Assembly (NCBI GenBank): GCA_964551605.1
Contig: CAZKCV010000003.1
Coordinates: forward strand, 15,474-79,473
Source of the DNA: an uncultured Gammaproteobacteria bacterium
GTDB taxonomy: Bacteria > Patescibacteriota > Microgenomatia > Daviesbacterales > UBA10151
Reading direction: 5' to 3'
Length of the DNA stretch: 64,000 bases
The translations under genes and the position numbers were made by a program. Numbering within the stretch: position 1 is the stretch's first letter; every line of letters starts with the position of its first letter. This document shows, one piece after another, positions 55,457 through 64,000 of this stretch. Below the pieces are notes generated by a model that saw only the letters and a program-made list of their open reading frames with translations, was not told the origin of the DNA and ran no database searches.

Positions 55457-58333
55457 GTGGTTGAATCTGCCGAATCTATCAATGAAAAAAATAGTATCCT
55501 GCTTTCGCGAAACAGCCCGGTGGCTTTAGTCGTGGGCGCTGCAGGCTTTTTGGGTTCGCATTTGGCAGATAAGCTATTGGCTAAAGGTATACAGGTGGTT
55601 GGGGTGGATGATCTGCAATATGGGGATAAGTCTAATTTGAGAAGAGCTGCCGAAAATCGAAATTTTCATCTGGTGATTGAATCTCCGGAAAAGATTGATC
55701 TAAGTTTACCGAGACTTGATTATATTTTCCTCTTGCCGGGCGGAGAGACGAATTTGGGCAGGATATTGGCGCAATTTAAGAAGGAAAAAAGCCGGTGCCT
55801 TTTAGTGTCTTCAATTGATTTATACGCCGGCCCACTGGAAAATGGTCTGGGATGGCTTAAGGAGACTGAGGCACGAATTGCCAAGTTTGCCAGAGAACAT
55901 AACTTAAACGCCCGGGTATTACGGCTGGGGCCTGTTTACGGGCCGCGAATGAATTTTAGCCTTAAGGATCCGGTCATAAAATTAATTGCTCAGGCTCTGG
56001 GCGGAAATTTACAGAAAGAAGTGGCATTGGATTTTTCTTCACGGGCGCTTTATGTAGATGATGCCGTAGATTTAATCACCAGAACCATATTTGCCGGGAG
56101 TACCGCCCAGAAGATCTTTGACGGAGTATTGCCCGGTCCGGTTAAGGTATCTGAGATAAAACAAGTCCTGCTTGACCCGGTCTGGTATAGCGAAAAGGAG
56201 TTTTCTTTTACGGAATTGCCACCCTGGCCGACACCTAACCTGGAGAAAACCATCAGAACACTGAATTGGCATCCTAAACCCCGGATCCTGGCTAATCTAA
56301 AAGAAACTTTAAGCTATTTTAAGGACAATGAAATCAAGGTGCCTGACATAGAAAGCGGGCAGGAAGATTTAAACGAAATGGAACAGGAGAGTTGGAATGA
56401 AGAAAAAAGGGAGGTGCTGGAAGCATTCAGGCAAGAAAGAAAAGAAGAGGTTAAAAACGAGTCTAAGCCAAAAAAGGGGAGTAGAATATCAGGATTTTCC
56501 TTATCCAGGTTGTCTATGATCCTGGTACTGGCGTTGGTGACATATGCCTTGATTTGGCCGGGTATAATTCTGGGCTGGAGCATATTTAGTTTCCGCTACC
56601 AGTTAAATGAAAGCTTAAAAAATCTGGAAAAAGGACAATTTGAGAAAAGTCTGGATAATATCAGACAAGCGCAAGTAGGGGTAGGGGAGGCGAAAATCAT
56701 CTACGACAGCTTCGAACCGATCCGAAAAACCGGACTGCTGAAGGAGCAATTTGAATTGGGTGATAACTTGCTGGATCTATCCTTTCTTTCCGTCTCTGCC
56801 GCCAAAAATACGGCTTTCGGGATGCAGGCTCTCCTGCAAAGCATCAAGACGGTAATCGGTGAACAAAATGAACCGGCGCAAAAATATTTTGAAACGGCTC
56901 AGATGGAGCTCGGCTCAGCCGGCCAGAATTTATCTAAAGCAGAAGTTATCTTAAAGGAAGAAAATTTCAAAAAAGATCTGCCTGAATTGTTAAAGGCCCG
57001 GATAAATGAATTATCAGCCAAGCTTTCCCGCTACAGCAAATTAGCTACTAAAGCAGAAGCTATTAGTATTTTACTGCCGAAGTTGGTAGGAATGAAAGGA
57101 GTCAGGAACTATCTAGTGCTGTTGCAAAATAATATGGAGCTTCGCCCGGGCGGAGGCTTCATAGGCTCTTTTGCCGAAGTTTCCTTTGAAGGGGGAAAGC
57201 TGAGAAAGATTGAGGTAAATGATATTTATACCATTGACGGTCAGTTGAATCTTCGTGTTGAACCGCCGGTGGAAATTAAGGAAGACTTAGGTCAAAAGGA
57301 TTATTACTTGCGTGATTCCAATTGGGAACCGGATTTTCCAACCAGCGCCCGGCAGGCAGAGTGGTTTTATAATAAAGAAACCGGAAACAGCGTGGAGGGG
57401 GTAGTAGCTTTGGATGTTTCAGCCATGGAGGAGTTATTGTCGGTGATCGGTCCGATAGACCTGGCTGATTATAAGGAAAAGATCACAGCTGAAAATCTTT
57501 TTGAAAAGGCGGTCACGCATGCGGAAACAAGTTTTTTCCCGGGCACCCAAGCTAAAAAAAGTTTTTTAACCGCTCTAAGTAACGGGGTATTTGAGAAGAT
57601 TTTCTTTCTGCCCCAAAATAATTGGCCCGGGATTATCTCGGCGCTGGGGAAATCACTGGAGGAAAAACACATCAGCTTTTACTTAAACGATCCCAAGCAA
57701 TTCCAGTTTCTACATTCCCAAAATTGGACCCATATTTTACCAAGGCAATCAAAGGAAAACCTGGGAAGTGATTTTTTAAGCATAGTTGAGGCTAATTTGG
57801 GAGCTAATAAAGTAAATTACTACCTGGACAGGTCTTATAACCTGCATACGATTATCGGGAAGGAAGGGGATGTCAGTCAAAGACTGAGAATAAATTATAT
57901 TAACAGAAGCCCTTCTGAAGCTTTTCCCGGCGGCAAATATAAAAACCGGATGCGGATATATTTACCATTCGGAGCCAGTTTAACCAGAGCTATTTGGGGG
58001 GAGGCGGATATTACTGCTGATGTAAACGGGTTTGTGGATTATGGCCGATCCGGCTATTCTTTGTTATTAGAGCTGGCTCCCAAAGAGCAAAAAATGCTGG
58101 TAATAGATTATACCGTGCCTCTTAAATTGGATTTTCAGGAAGGTAAAGCCTCTTACCGGTTGGATATCATTAAACAAGCCGGCACCGGAAAAGACCCGTT
58201 TGCCTGGACCGTTACTTATCCGATCAGCTATAAAGCGTCTTCAAGTCAAGCTAGAAACTCCAGTCCGCAAGAGAGTTCCATTTCCACGGATCTATCCCGG
58301 GATCGCAGCTTTGAGGTAGAATTCAGAAGGTAG
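55457..58333 (+). CDS. Degenerate NAD-dependent epimerase domain fused via TM to DUF4012 domain
   Basis: VGAAGFLGSHL; LQNNMELRPGGGFIGS, RDSNWEPDFPTSA, NLGANKVN. Confidence 0.8.
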   Translation: MVESAESINEKNSILLSRNSPVALVVGAAGFLGSHLADKLLAKGIQVVGVDDLQYGDKSNLRRAAENRNFHLVIESPEKIDLSLPRLDYIFLLPGGETNLGRILAQFKKEKSRCLLVSSIDLYAGPLENGLGWLKETEARIAKFAREHNLNARVLRLGPVYGPRMNFSLKDPVIKLIAQALGGNLQKEVALDFSSRALYVDDAVDLITRTIFAGSTAQKIFDGVLPGPVKVSEIKQVLLDPVWYSEKEFSFTELPPWPTPNLEKTIRTLNWHPKPRILANLKETLSYFKDNEIKVPDIESGQEDLNEMEQESWNEEKREVLEAFRQERKEEVKNESKPKKGSRISGFSLSRLSMILVLALVTYALIWPGIILGWSIFSFRYQLNESLKNLEKGQFEKSLDNIRQAQVGVGEAKIIYDSFEPIRKTGLLKEQFELGDNLLDLSFLSVSAAKNTAFGMQALLQSIKTVIGEQNEPAQKYFETAQMELGSAGQNLSKAEVILKEENFKKDLPELLKARINELSAKLSRYSKLATKAEAISILLPKLVGMKGVRNYLVLLQNNMELRPGGGFIGSFAEVSFEGGKLRKIEVNDIYTIDGQLNLRVEPPVEIKEDLGQKDYYLRDSNWEPDFPTSARQAEWFYNKETGNSVEGVVALDVSAMEELLSVIGPIDLADYKEKITAENLFEKAVTHAETSFFPGTQAKKSFLTALSNGVFEKIFFLPQNNWPGIISALGKSLEEKHISFYLNDPKQFQFLHSQNWTHILPRQSKENLGSDFLSIVEANLGANKVNYYLDRSYNLHTIIGKEGDVSQRLRINYINRSPSEAFPGGKYKNRMRIYLPFGASLTRAIWGEADITADVNGFVDYGRSGYSLLLELAPKEQKMLVIDYTVPLKLDFQEGKASYRLDIIKQAGTGKDPFAWTVTYPISYKASSSQARNSSPQESSISTDLSRDRSFEVEFRR

Positions 58334-58352
58334 GGGATGCTATCATGTATAG

Positions 58353-59195
58353 ATGGCAACTTTAGGAATCCTGGCGGCATTGACTACTGCTTTATGTTGG
58401 GGTTCCTACATGGTCCCTTTTAAGAGATCCGGCAGCTTAAATTTAATTCAATTTCAGGCTTTAATGGCAGTCGGAATAGGAATTTCCGGTTTAATGTTGT
58501 CGCTTATCTTAGGTTATGCTTTTAGCTTAGATGAATACGGACTTTTTAGCGGAGCATTATGGGCGGTGGCCAATCTAGTAGCATTAGTGGCTATTTCCAA
58601 CTTGGGACTTTCCAGGGCTACCCCGGTAATAGCTTCCTTAGTAGTCATCTTTTCTTTTTTGTGGGGAACTTTGATCTTTAATGAATTGCCTTCGGGTTTA
58701 ATGATAGGTCTTGCAGGGATTGGAATGATTATTTTAGGGGTTATTTTAATTAATACTATTGGTAATACCGGAAGTAAAAATATTAGAAAAGGCATGCTGG
58801 CTGCAGCCTTAGCCGGTTTAATTTGGGGTAGCCAGTGGGTGCCTTTAAAAATAAGTAATCTATCGACGGCTGATTTTTTCTTTCCATTTTGTCTGGGGAT
58901 ACTTATTTCCGGTTTAGCTATTTTTATTTTAAGAAGAGAAAAATTTAAGAGAGAGGCAATTAAGGAAAGCTTGTTAAGTGGGCTAGTTTGGAACATTGGT
59001 AATTTATTATCACTTATTTCACTTTCTTTAATTGGTCTTTCGAAGATGGGCCCTATTAGTCAAGTAGCCACACTGGTGGCTGTTTTATGGGGGGTATTTT
59101 ACTTTAAAGAAGTTAAGGTTCTGCGGGCCAAGGTGCAAATTTTAATAGGCGCCGCCATTTTATTGATGGGGGTGATTACCCTTGGCTTGGCTTAG
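58353..59195 (+). CDS. GRP/DMT family sugar transporter
   Basis: ALCWGSYMVP duplicated as LIWGSQWVP; LWGVFYFKE. Confidence 0.82.
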   Translation: MATLGILAALTTALCWGSYMVPFKRSGSLNLIQFQALMAVGIGISGLMLSLILGYAFSLDEYGLFSGALWAVANLVALVAISNLGLSRATPVIASLVVIFSFLWGTLIFNELPSGLMIGLAGIGMIILGVILINTIGNTGSKNIRKGMLAAALAGLIWGSQWVPLKISNLSTADFFFPFCLGILISGLAIFILRREKFKREAIKESLLSGLVWNIGNLLSLISLSLIGLSKMGPISQVATLVAVLWGVFYFKEVKVLRAKVQILIGAAILLMGVITLGLA

Positions 59196-59240
59196 CTCTT
59201 GCCCTCTGAGCCTAAATGTGGTAAATTATCTTAACTAATT

Positions 59241-60014
59241 ATGGATAGACTAAGCTTACAAGCCGAAGAAAGAATACTCTTAGGCAAAAAGGTTAAAAAT
59301 TTAAGAAAAGACGGTAAGCTCCCGGCTCATGTTTTTGGCAAGGGTTTGGAAACTGATCATGTGTCAGTTGACGGAAAGACCTTCTTGAAAGTTTTTAAGG
59401 AAGCCGGAGAGACTGGTTTAATTGACTTAAAAATCGGTTCAGAAAAAGTCAGGCCGGTAATGATCAGGGGTCTGCAGTTTGATCCAGTTTCCGGTGAGCC
59501 TATTCATATCGATTTTTACCAGGTTAATCTGACCCAAAAAGTCAGGGTGCCGGTTCCTTTGGTATTAATAGGCGAACAACCTGAATCAGTGCATTTGGGT
59601 GAAACTATAGTTCTGCAGACTATGAATGAAGTTGAGGTTGAGGCTCTTCCTACGGACTTAGTGGAAAATATTGAAGTAGATATTACTTCTTTGAAAAATA
59701 TTGATGATGCCATTACTGTGGGGCAGTTAAATTATGACAGAAGTAAATTAACAGTTCATGCCGGAGAAGAAGATATTGTCGTAAAACTGGCCCCGGCTGT
59801 AACAGCAGAGATGCAGCAGCAAATGGAAGAGGCGGCAGCTGAAGCGGCAGCCGCTGCTGTTGAAGCAGAGGAGGGGGAGGCTGCCGAAGGGGCTGAGGGT
59901 GTCGAAGCTGCTGAAGGCGAACAAGCTGCAGAGGGTGAACAGCCACCTGTTGAAGCTGGGAGGGAAATTCCCACTAAAGGAGCAGAAGAAACTAAACAGG
60001 CGAAAGAGAAGTAA
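59241..60014 (+). CDS. rplY: 50S ribosomal protein L25/CTC
   Basis: LRKDGKLPAHVFG, HIDFYQV, EVEALP; acidic tail. Confidence 0.95.
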   Translation: MDRLSLQAEERILLGKKVKNLRKDGKLPAHVFGKGLETDHVSVDGKTFLKVFKEAGETGLIDLKIGSEKVRPVMIRGLQFDPVSGEPIHIDFYQVNLTQKVRVPVPLVLIGEQPESVHLGETIVLQTMNEVEVEALPTDLVENIEVDITSLKNIDDAITVGQLNYDRSKLTVHAGEEDIVVKLAPAVTAEMQQQMEEAAAEAAAAAVEAEEGEAAEGAEGVEAAEGEQAAEGEQPPVEAGREIPTKGAEETKQAKEK

Positions 60015-60039
60015 GGTTTCTGCCCGGAAAGGAGGAATT

Positions 60040-60378
60040 ATGGAGGATGAAAGAAGAATAGGATGTGATTCTTTTGGAGAGGCGGCAGCTAGACTAGGTG
60101 AAGCTGTTAAGCCATCTTGGCCGGTACTTGAAATAGCTTCTCAAAAAGCAATGATAGGTGTGGGAGAGTTAATCAAACGTTTAGCACAAGACCAGCGTGG
60201 TGGTGGAAGAGCAGGTTGCGCTGTATTTATGGTTGGGGGCGCCATTATTGTAGGAAGCTATGTAAATGCAGTGAGAATCGGTGTGCTGAATGATGGGTTT
60301 CTACTAGGTCTTGTTATCGGTGGAGCAACAATGGCGGTTGGTGCTGTCGCTGCGATGGTGCCGTCGGATAGGTGGTAG
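60040..60378 (+). CDS. Hypothetical 2-TM protein
   Basis: AAAGGAGG SD before ATG 60040; two hydrophobic helices. Confidence 0.65.
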   Translation: MEDERRIGCDSFGEAAARLGEAVKPSWPVLEIASQKAMIGVGELIKRLAQDQRGGGRAGCAVFMVGGAIIVGSYVNAVRIGVLNDGFLLGLVIGGATMAVGAVAAMVPSDRW

Positions 60379-60391
60379 GAGGCTAAGTGCC

Positions 60392-60495
60392 TCGGCAGAA
60401 GGTGAAGCGTGGCTGAGGGTGAGGCCCCGGCAGAAGGCGCTGAGGAAGGCAAAAAGGCTGAACAAACTCCAACTGAAGAAAACAAAGAAGGTTAG
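60392..60495 (+). pseudogene. Orphan L25-like acidic C-terminal tail relic
   Basis: SAEGEA/frameshift/AEGEAPAEGAEEGKKAEQTPTEENKEG*, similar to the rplY tail. Confidence 0.5.
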
Positions 60496-61631
60496 TTATC
60501 TATTAATTGTGCGCCCATTTTTCTCAATTTTTGGTTAATTTTTAACTCTGTTTCTGGTGTAGTGGTCTCTGGATCTATCCCGAGTTGAAAAACCACAGTT
60601 TCTGCCCGGGCATCCATGCCCTGTTGAATAGCTTCTTTGGTAGGTGGTACCCGCATAGAACCAATTGCTGTTAAGCTAACTTTACTTCGGTCAAAAGGAT
60701 TTAATAACCTTCTTAAGGTGCCGGGAGTGTCAGAGGGAATACTGAGGTTTTGACTACACAGCGAGGTACGCAGTATTTGTGCTATTAATAGTCCGGTGTT
60801 ATTGAACATCTCCTGGAGTTTTCCGGTGGATCCGCCATGGAAATTTTGCAGCCTATCGATGAAATCTTCCAACTCTTTTCTATTCGACACCAAACTTTTA
60901 AGTAATTGCAGGGCCTGAATTTGGCTGTCGATAATTCTTTCTGTGGTGGGGAGCTGGCCGTTTAAAATCTCTCCTATAGTTCCTGCACGCTGGCCCAATC
61001 CGCGGATATCAGAATCTCCGCCTAATTGCGAATTTGCTGTTGAATTTTGATCTAACTCCTGGAAAGTGATGTCTCTATCCATTAAAGATATGGCAGCGGC
61101 AAGTTGTTTAACAAAGGTATGAACTTGGGTTTCCTGAATTTTGTGATGATCCCTTAATTTAATGGGTACGATGCGGGTACGGAAATGGGAAAAAAGATCC
61201 TGGGCCAATAGCAGGGCGTTCCCAGAATTTGATCCTACTTCGCAGTTCCACAGCTTGGCACCGGCCCAGGAATTATCAGTTTTGATCCCCAAATGCACAG
61301 AGGCAACGCTTATTCCGTTTTTATCAAACTCTTCAAACAATGGAATCAGTTGTTGTTTAGTACTAGCACCTTCTACTATCACAAAACCAGGTGTTATTTC
61401 CGGTTTGCAAGATTCCAAAATATCTTTAGTAACCATTTCTTCTGTGGCAAAGAAGGCTATCCGGCTACGGGTTAACACTTCACGAATGGGATCTCCAATA
61501 TCACAAGTTGTTAGTTGTGCTATTTTCAGGCCTCTTTTTAAGCCATCAGCCATCCTGGTCCCAAGTTCGCCCCGGCCTCCAATTACTACAGTGGGCTCAC
61601 GTGTGTAGTCCCAAGTTTTACCCTCGATCAT
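60492..61631 (-). CDS. Divergent prephenate dehydrogenase-like protein with ACT domain
   Basis: VIGGRGELG, EGASTK, DHHKIQETQVHT, DTPGTLRRLL...SLTAIGS. Confidence 0.65.
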   Translation of the reverse strand: MIEGKTWDYTREPTVVIGGRGELGTRMADGLKRGLKIAQLTTCDIGDPIREVLTRSRIAFFATEEMVTKDILESCKPEITPGFVIVEGASTKQQLIPLFEEFDKNGISVASVHLGIKTDNSWAGAKLWNCEVGSNSGNALLLAQDLFSHFRTRIVPIKLRDHHKIQETQVHTFVKQLAAAISLMDRDITFQELDQNSTANSQLGGDSDIRGLGQRAGTIGEILNGQLPTTERIIDSQIQALQLLKSLVSNRKELEDFIDRLQNFHGGSTGKLQEMFNNTGLLIAQILRTSLCSQNLSIPSDTPGTLRRLLNPFDRSKVSLTAIGSMRVPPTKEAIQQGMDARAETVVFQLGIDPETTTPETELKINQKLRKMGAQLIDN

Positions 61632-61740
61632 AGTGGGAGATTAACAGTATTATAGGTTTTTGTCAAGCCAAAAAGAAAAATAATTGCGGATAATCTGCTG
61701 TAATTTTGTGGGAAACTCTGAATAGTTACCAATTTAATGC

Positions 61741-61782
61741 TTGACATAAATAAAGCGACTATGGTACTATGACTATAGTCAT
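61741..61782 (+). promoter_or_regulatory. TA promoter with palindromic operator
   Basis: TTGACA-18-TACTAT; perfect palindrome ATGACTATAGTCAT 61769-61782. Confidence 0.75.
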
Positions 61783-62022
61783 ATGCAACAAACTATTTCC
61801 AAATCACAATTTAAGGCTCATGCTTTAGAATTACTACGGGTGGTTGAACAACAAAAAAAGCCGCTTATCATTACTCACGGGGGCAAGCCAGTGGTTAAGG
61901 TGATTCCCTATAAAGAAGAATCTAAGTCGGAAGACATACTGAAGTCCTTAAGGGGTAGCGTGCTCCGCTATGATAACCCCACCGAACCAGTAGGTTTAGA
62001 GGATTGGGATATGCTCAAATGA
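61783..62022 (+). CDS. Phd/YefM antitoxin
   Basis: ISKSQFKAHALELLR, IITHGGKPVVKVIP. Confidence 0.9.
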   Translation: MQQTISKSQFKAHALELLRVVEQQKKPLIITHGGKPVVKVIPYKEESKSEDILKSLRGSVLRYDNPTEPVGLEDWDMLK

Positions 62023-62414
62023 TAGTTTTAGATACCCACGTACTTCTGTGGTGGCTCAGCAGTCCGGAAAAACTTTCCAAAAAGGCAGGCAAAGCAATTG
62101 ATGAAGCGGTTAAACATCAAGAAATTTTAGTTTCCTCGATTAGTGTTTTAGAAGTTTATACGTTAGTTAAAAAAGGCAGGCTAGAGTTAAATACTCTTCC
62201 TGATAGTTGGCTTCAGAATGTTGAGAGTTTGCCGTTTATCAGGTTTATACCAGTGGATAATAAAATAGCAGTGCAGTCCGTTGATCTGCCTGAACTTTCA
62301 CATAAGGACCCTGCTGACAGGATTATCATAGCTACATCTTTAAATACCGGAGCAAAGCTTGTTACTGCTGATAAAGAAATCTTGAGGTATCCTCACATCC
62401 AATCAATTTGGTAA
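62019..62414 (+). CDS. PIN domain (VapC) toxin
   Basis: LDTHVLLWW, HKDPADRIIIAT, LVTAD. Confidence 0.92.
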   Translation: MIVLDTHVLLWWLSSPEKLSKKAGKAIDEAVKHQEILVSSISVLEVYTLVKKGRLELNTLPDSWLQNVESLPFIRFIPVDNKIAVQSVDLPELSHKDPADRIIIATSLNTGAKLVTADKEILRYPHIQSIW

Positions 62415-62504
62415 ACCCGGCCATTTTGCCGGAGTTCTTCCTTGTATTGTTTAATGCGTCAATTATGCGTTAAATTTGCGGGGAATGGTGCCTAAAGAAG
62501 ATGA

Positions 62505-62858
62505 TTACGCGGCGCAAGCTAGATGAACAGCAGCCGGCAAGCTAGGACCTACTGTAAAACAATTTTCGCTGTCTTTTGGATCCGTAATACAAAGCCTATC
62601 AGGTAGTACTTCCAGAGTACCATTTTTGATTTGCAGCCTTATAGGTATCCCTCTCAAAGGATATATTGCTATGTTGCAAAATTGAGAGAAAGGAGTTTCT
62701 GTTCGGACAGTTAAGGATACAAAATTGCCTGTTGTTGGGTCCTTTCCATCTATGAAAGTAGCCCCTTTGGGGAATGCTGCAGATCCTCTAGGGACCTGTA
62801 CCGCTTCAGTATTTAATGCTCGTGCCACTTCGCCTAAATTTTCTCTACTCAGAAACAT
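62505..62858 (-). CDS. Hypothetical protein
   Basis: 117-aa ORF in tandem with a similar-sized neighbour downstream of valS. Confidence 0.6.
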   Translation of the reverse strand: MFLSRENLGEVARALNTEAVQVPRGSAAFPKGATFIDGKDPTTGNFVSLTVRTETPFSQFCNIAIYPLRGIPIRLQIKNGTLEVLPDRLCITDPKDSENCFTVGPSLPAAVHLACAA

Positions 62859-62866
62859 ATAATAAA

Positions 62867-63211
62867 TTACTTTGTATGATGGTAAATAGTAGCCGATGAG
62901 TCAGGATTTATGGTAATACCATCTGTTTCATTTCCAATCCCAATTCCGCCTTCCGGCGTGTCTATAAAGTTACCATTTAATATATCAATTCTATGTATTT
63001 CGCCATTTGGAGCAACTGCTTCTGCACTGCATAACTCTGTGACCCTATTAACCTGTTCTATTCTCAATGCTACCCCTAATCTCCCTCTGCCGCTTGTAGG
63101 AAAAGATAGGATATGGGCAACTCCGCTAGGGCCCCAGGTTATGCCTTCACCAAGAATTTTGGCTACTTGAGCAAAATCTCCTATGCGTTCAGCACCTAAT
63201 CTTCCACTCAT
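62867..63211 (-). CDS. Hypothetical protein
   Basis: 114-aa ORF after valS; GAGG SD-like upstream. Confidence 0.6.
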   Translation of the reverse strand: MSGRLGAERIGDFAQVAKILGEGITWGPSGVAHILSFPTSGRGRLGVALRIEQVNRVTELCSAEAVAPNGEIHRIDILNGNFIDTPEGGIGIGNETDGITINPDSSATIYHHTK

Positions 63212-63242
63212 ATATTATGAATACCTCTTTTCATACCAGATG

Positions 63243-63998
63243 TCAAGTCGCTGGCCAACTGGTAGTCATGATGGATTTACCCTGGTGTGGCAATTTCTGC
63301 CAAAGCTCTTCTGTTAGAAATGGCATGAATGGGTGTAACAGCTCTAGGGATGTCTTCAGAACATATTCCAGGGTTGGTTGGGCTTCGGCTCGTCTGGTTT
63401 TCGTAGATTCAATATATTTATCGGCAAATTCATGCCAGATGAACTCATATAAAACTTCAGTAGCCAAGTGTAATTGAAAGCTCTCAAGATTTTTAGTAAC
63501 AGACTTTATTGTTTTGTCTAGTTCTTCCATGATTTTTTTATCATCCGCATTTTTCATTTGTACCACGATCGTGGGACGTTTGTTTTTTATGGCTTCAGGT
63601 TTCAGTTCAATTATAAATCTATAGATATTGCGCAGTTTGGTGCCGAAATTGCGGAAGTTTTTACATCTTTCATCCATCTGTTGTCTGGAGGTCCGGCCAT
63701 CCCGGCCGGGAATGGAATACCCATAAAGAGCCATTCTGGTAGAATCAACGCCCCACTGGGCTACCAAATCATAGGGACTGATGCCGTTTCCTAAAGATTT
63801 GGAGAATTTCCGGCCTTGTAAGTCTCTTAACATGCCATGAAAGAACATATTCCTAAAAGGGATATCGTCCTTAAACCACAGTCCCAGCATGATCATCCTG
63901 GCAATCCAGAGGAATTTAATTTCCGGGGCTGAGGTTTCAAAATCCCAGGGGTAGTATTTTTTAAGTTCTGTTGTCTCATCAGGCCCGCCTGCATCGCT
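63243..63998 (-). CDS. valS: Valyl-tRNA synthetase, 3' part (5' end outside window)
   Basis: LKKYYP...WIARMIM, GRKFSKSLGNG, WHEFADKYIE, LHPFMPFLTEELW. Confidence 0.93.
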   Translation of the reverse strand, partial: SDAGGPDETTELKKYYPWDFETSAPEIKFLWIARMIMLGLWFKDDIPFRNMFFHGMLRDLQGRKFSKSLGNGISPYDLVAQWGVDSTRMALYGYSIPGRDGRTSRQQMDERCKNFRNFGTKLRNIYRFIIELKPEAIKNKRPTIVVQMKNADDKKIMEELDKTIKSVTKNLESFQLHLATEVLYEFIWHEFADKYIESTKTRRAEAQPTLEYVLKTSLELLHPFMPFLTEELWQKLPHQGKSIMTTSWPAT

Positions 63999-64000
63999 AT

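Overview
This 64 kb window is the replication-origin region of a reduced bacterial genome whose gene content and style point to Patescibacteria/CPR, probably Microgenomates (inferred). Core genes: dnaG-rpoD, ssrA/smpB, dnaA-oriC-dnaN, rpmH-rnpA-yidD-yidC-jag, rplY and a partial valS. It also has seven tRNAs, four type II TA pairs, two Fic genes, free-standing LAGLIDADG, HNH and PD-(D/E)XK nucleases, and a CPR-type T4SS-like locus (six VirB2/TrbC-like pilin-domain genes, VirB6-like, PrgI, VirB4, wall hydrolase). Highlights not shown by the ORF track: (1) a cobalamin riboswitch with its own promoter, inside the T4SS locus, in front of an uncharacterised Cys-rich gene; (2) many 7-bp-periodic repeat arrays and palindromes of several sequence families, two of which bracket Avd-like four-helix-bundle genes while others lie in-frame inside proteins; (3) a group I intron splitting the anticodon of tRNA-Asn; (4) REP-like palindromes translated inside DnaG, TlyA, an O-antigen ligase and ValS; (5) many apparently leaderless promoters; (6) smaller oddities (long tmRNA tag, tRNA-Arg(GCG), two frameshifted genes, a displaced L25-like tail). 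All calls are from reading the sequence; no database searches were run.
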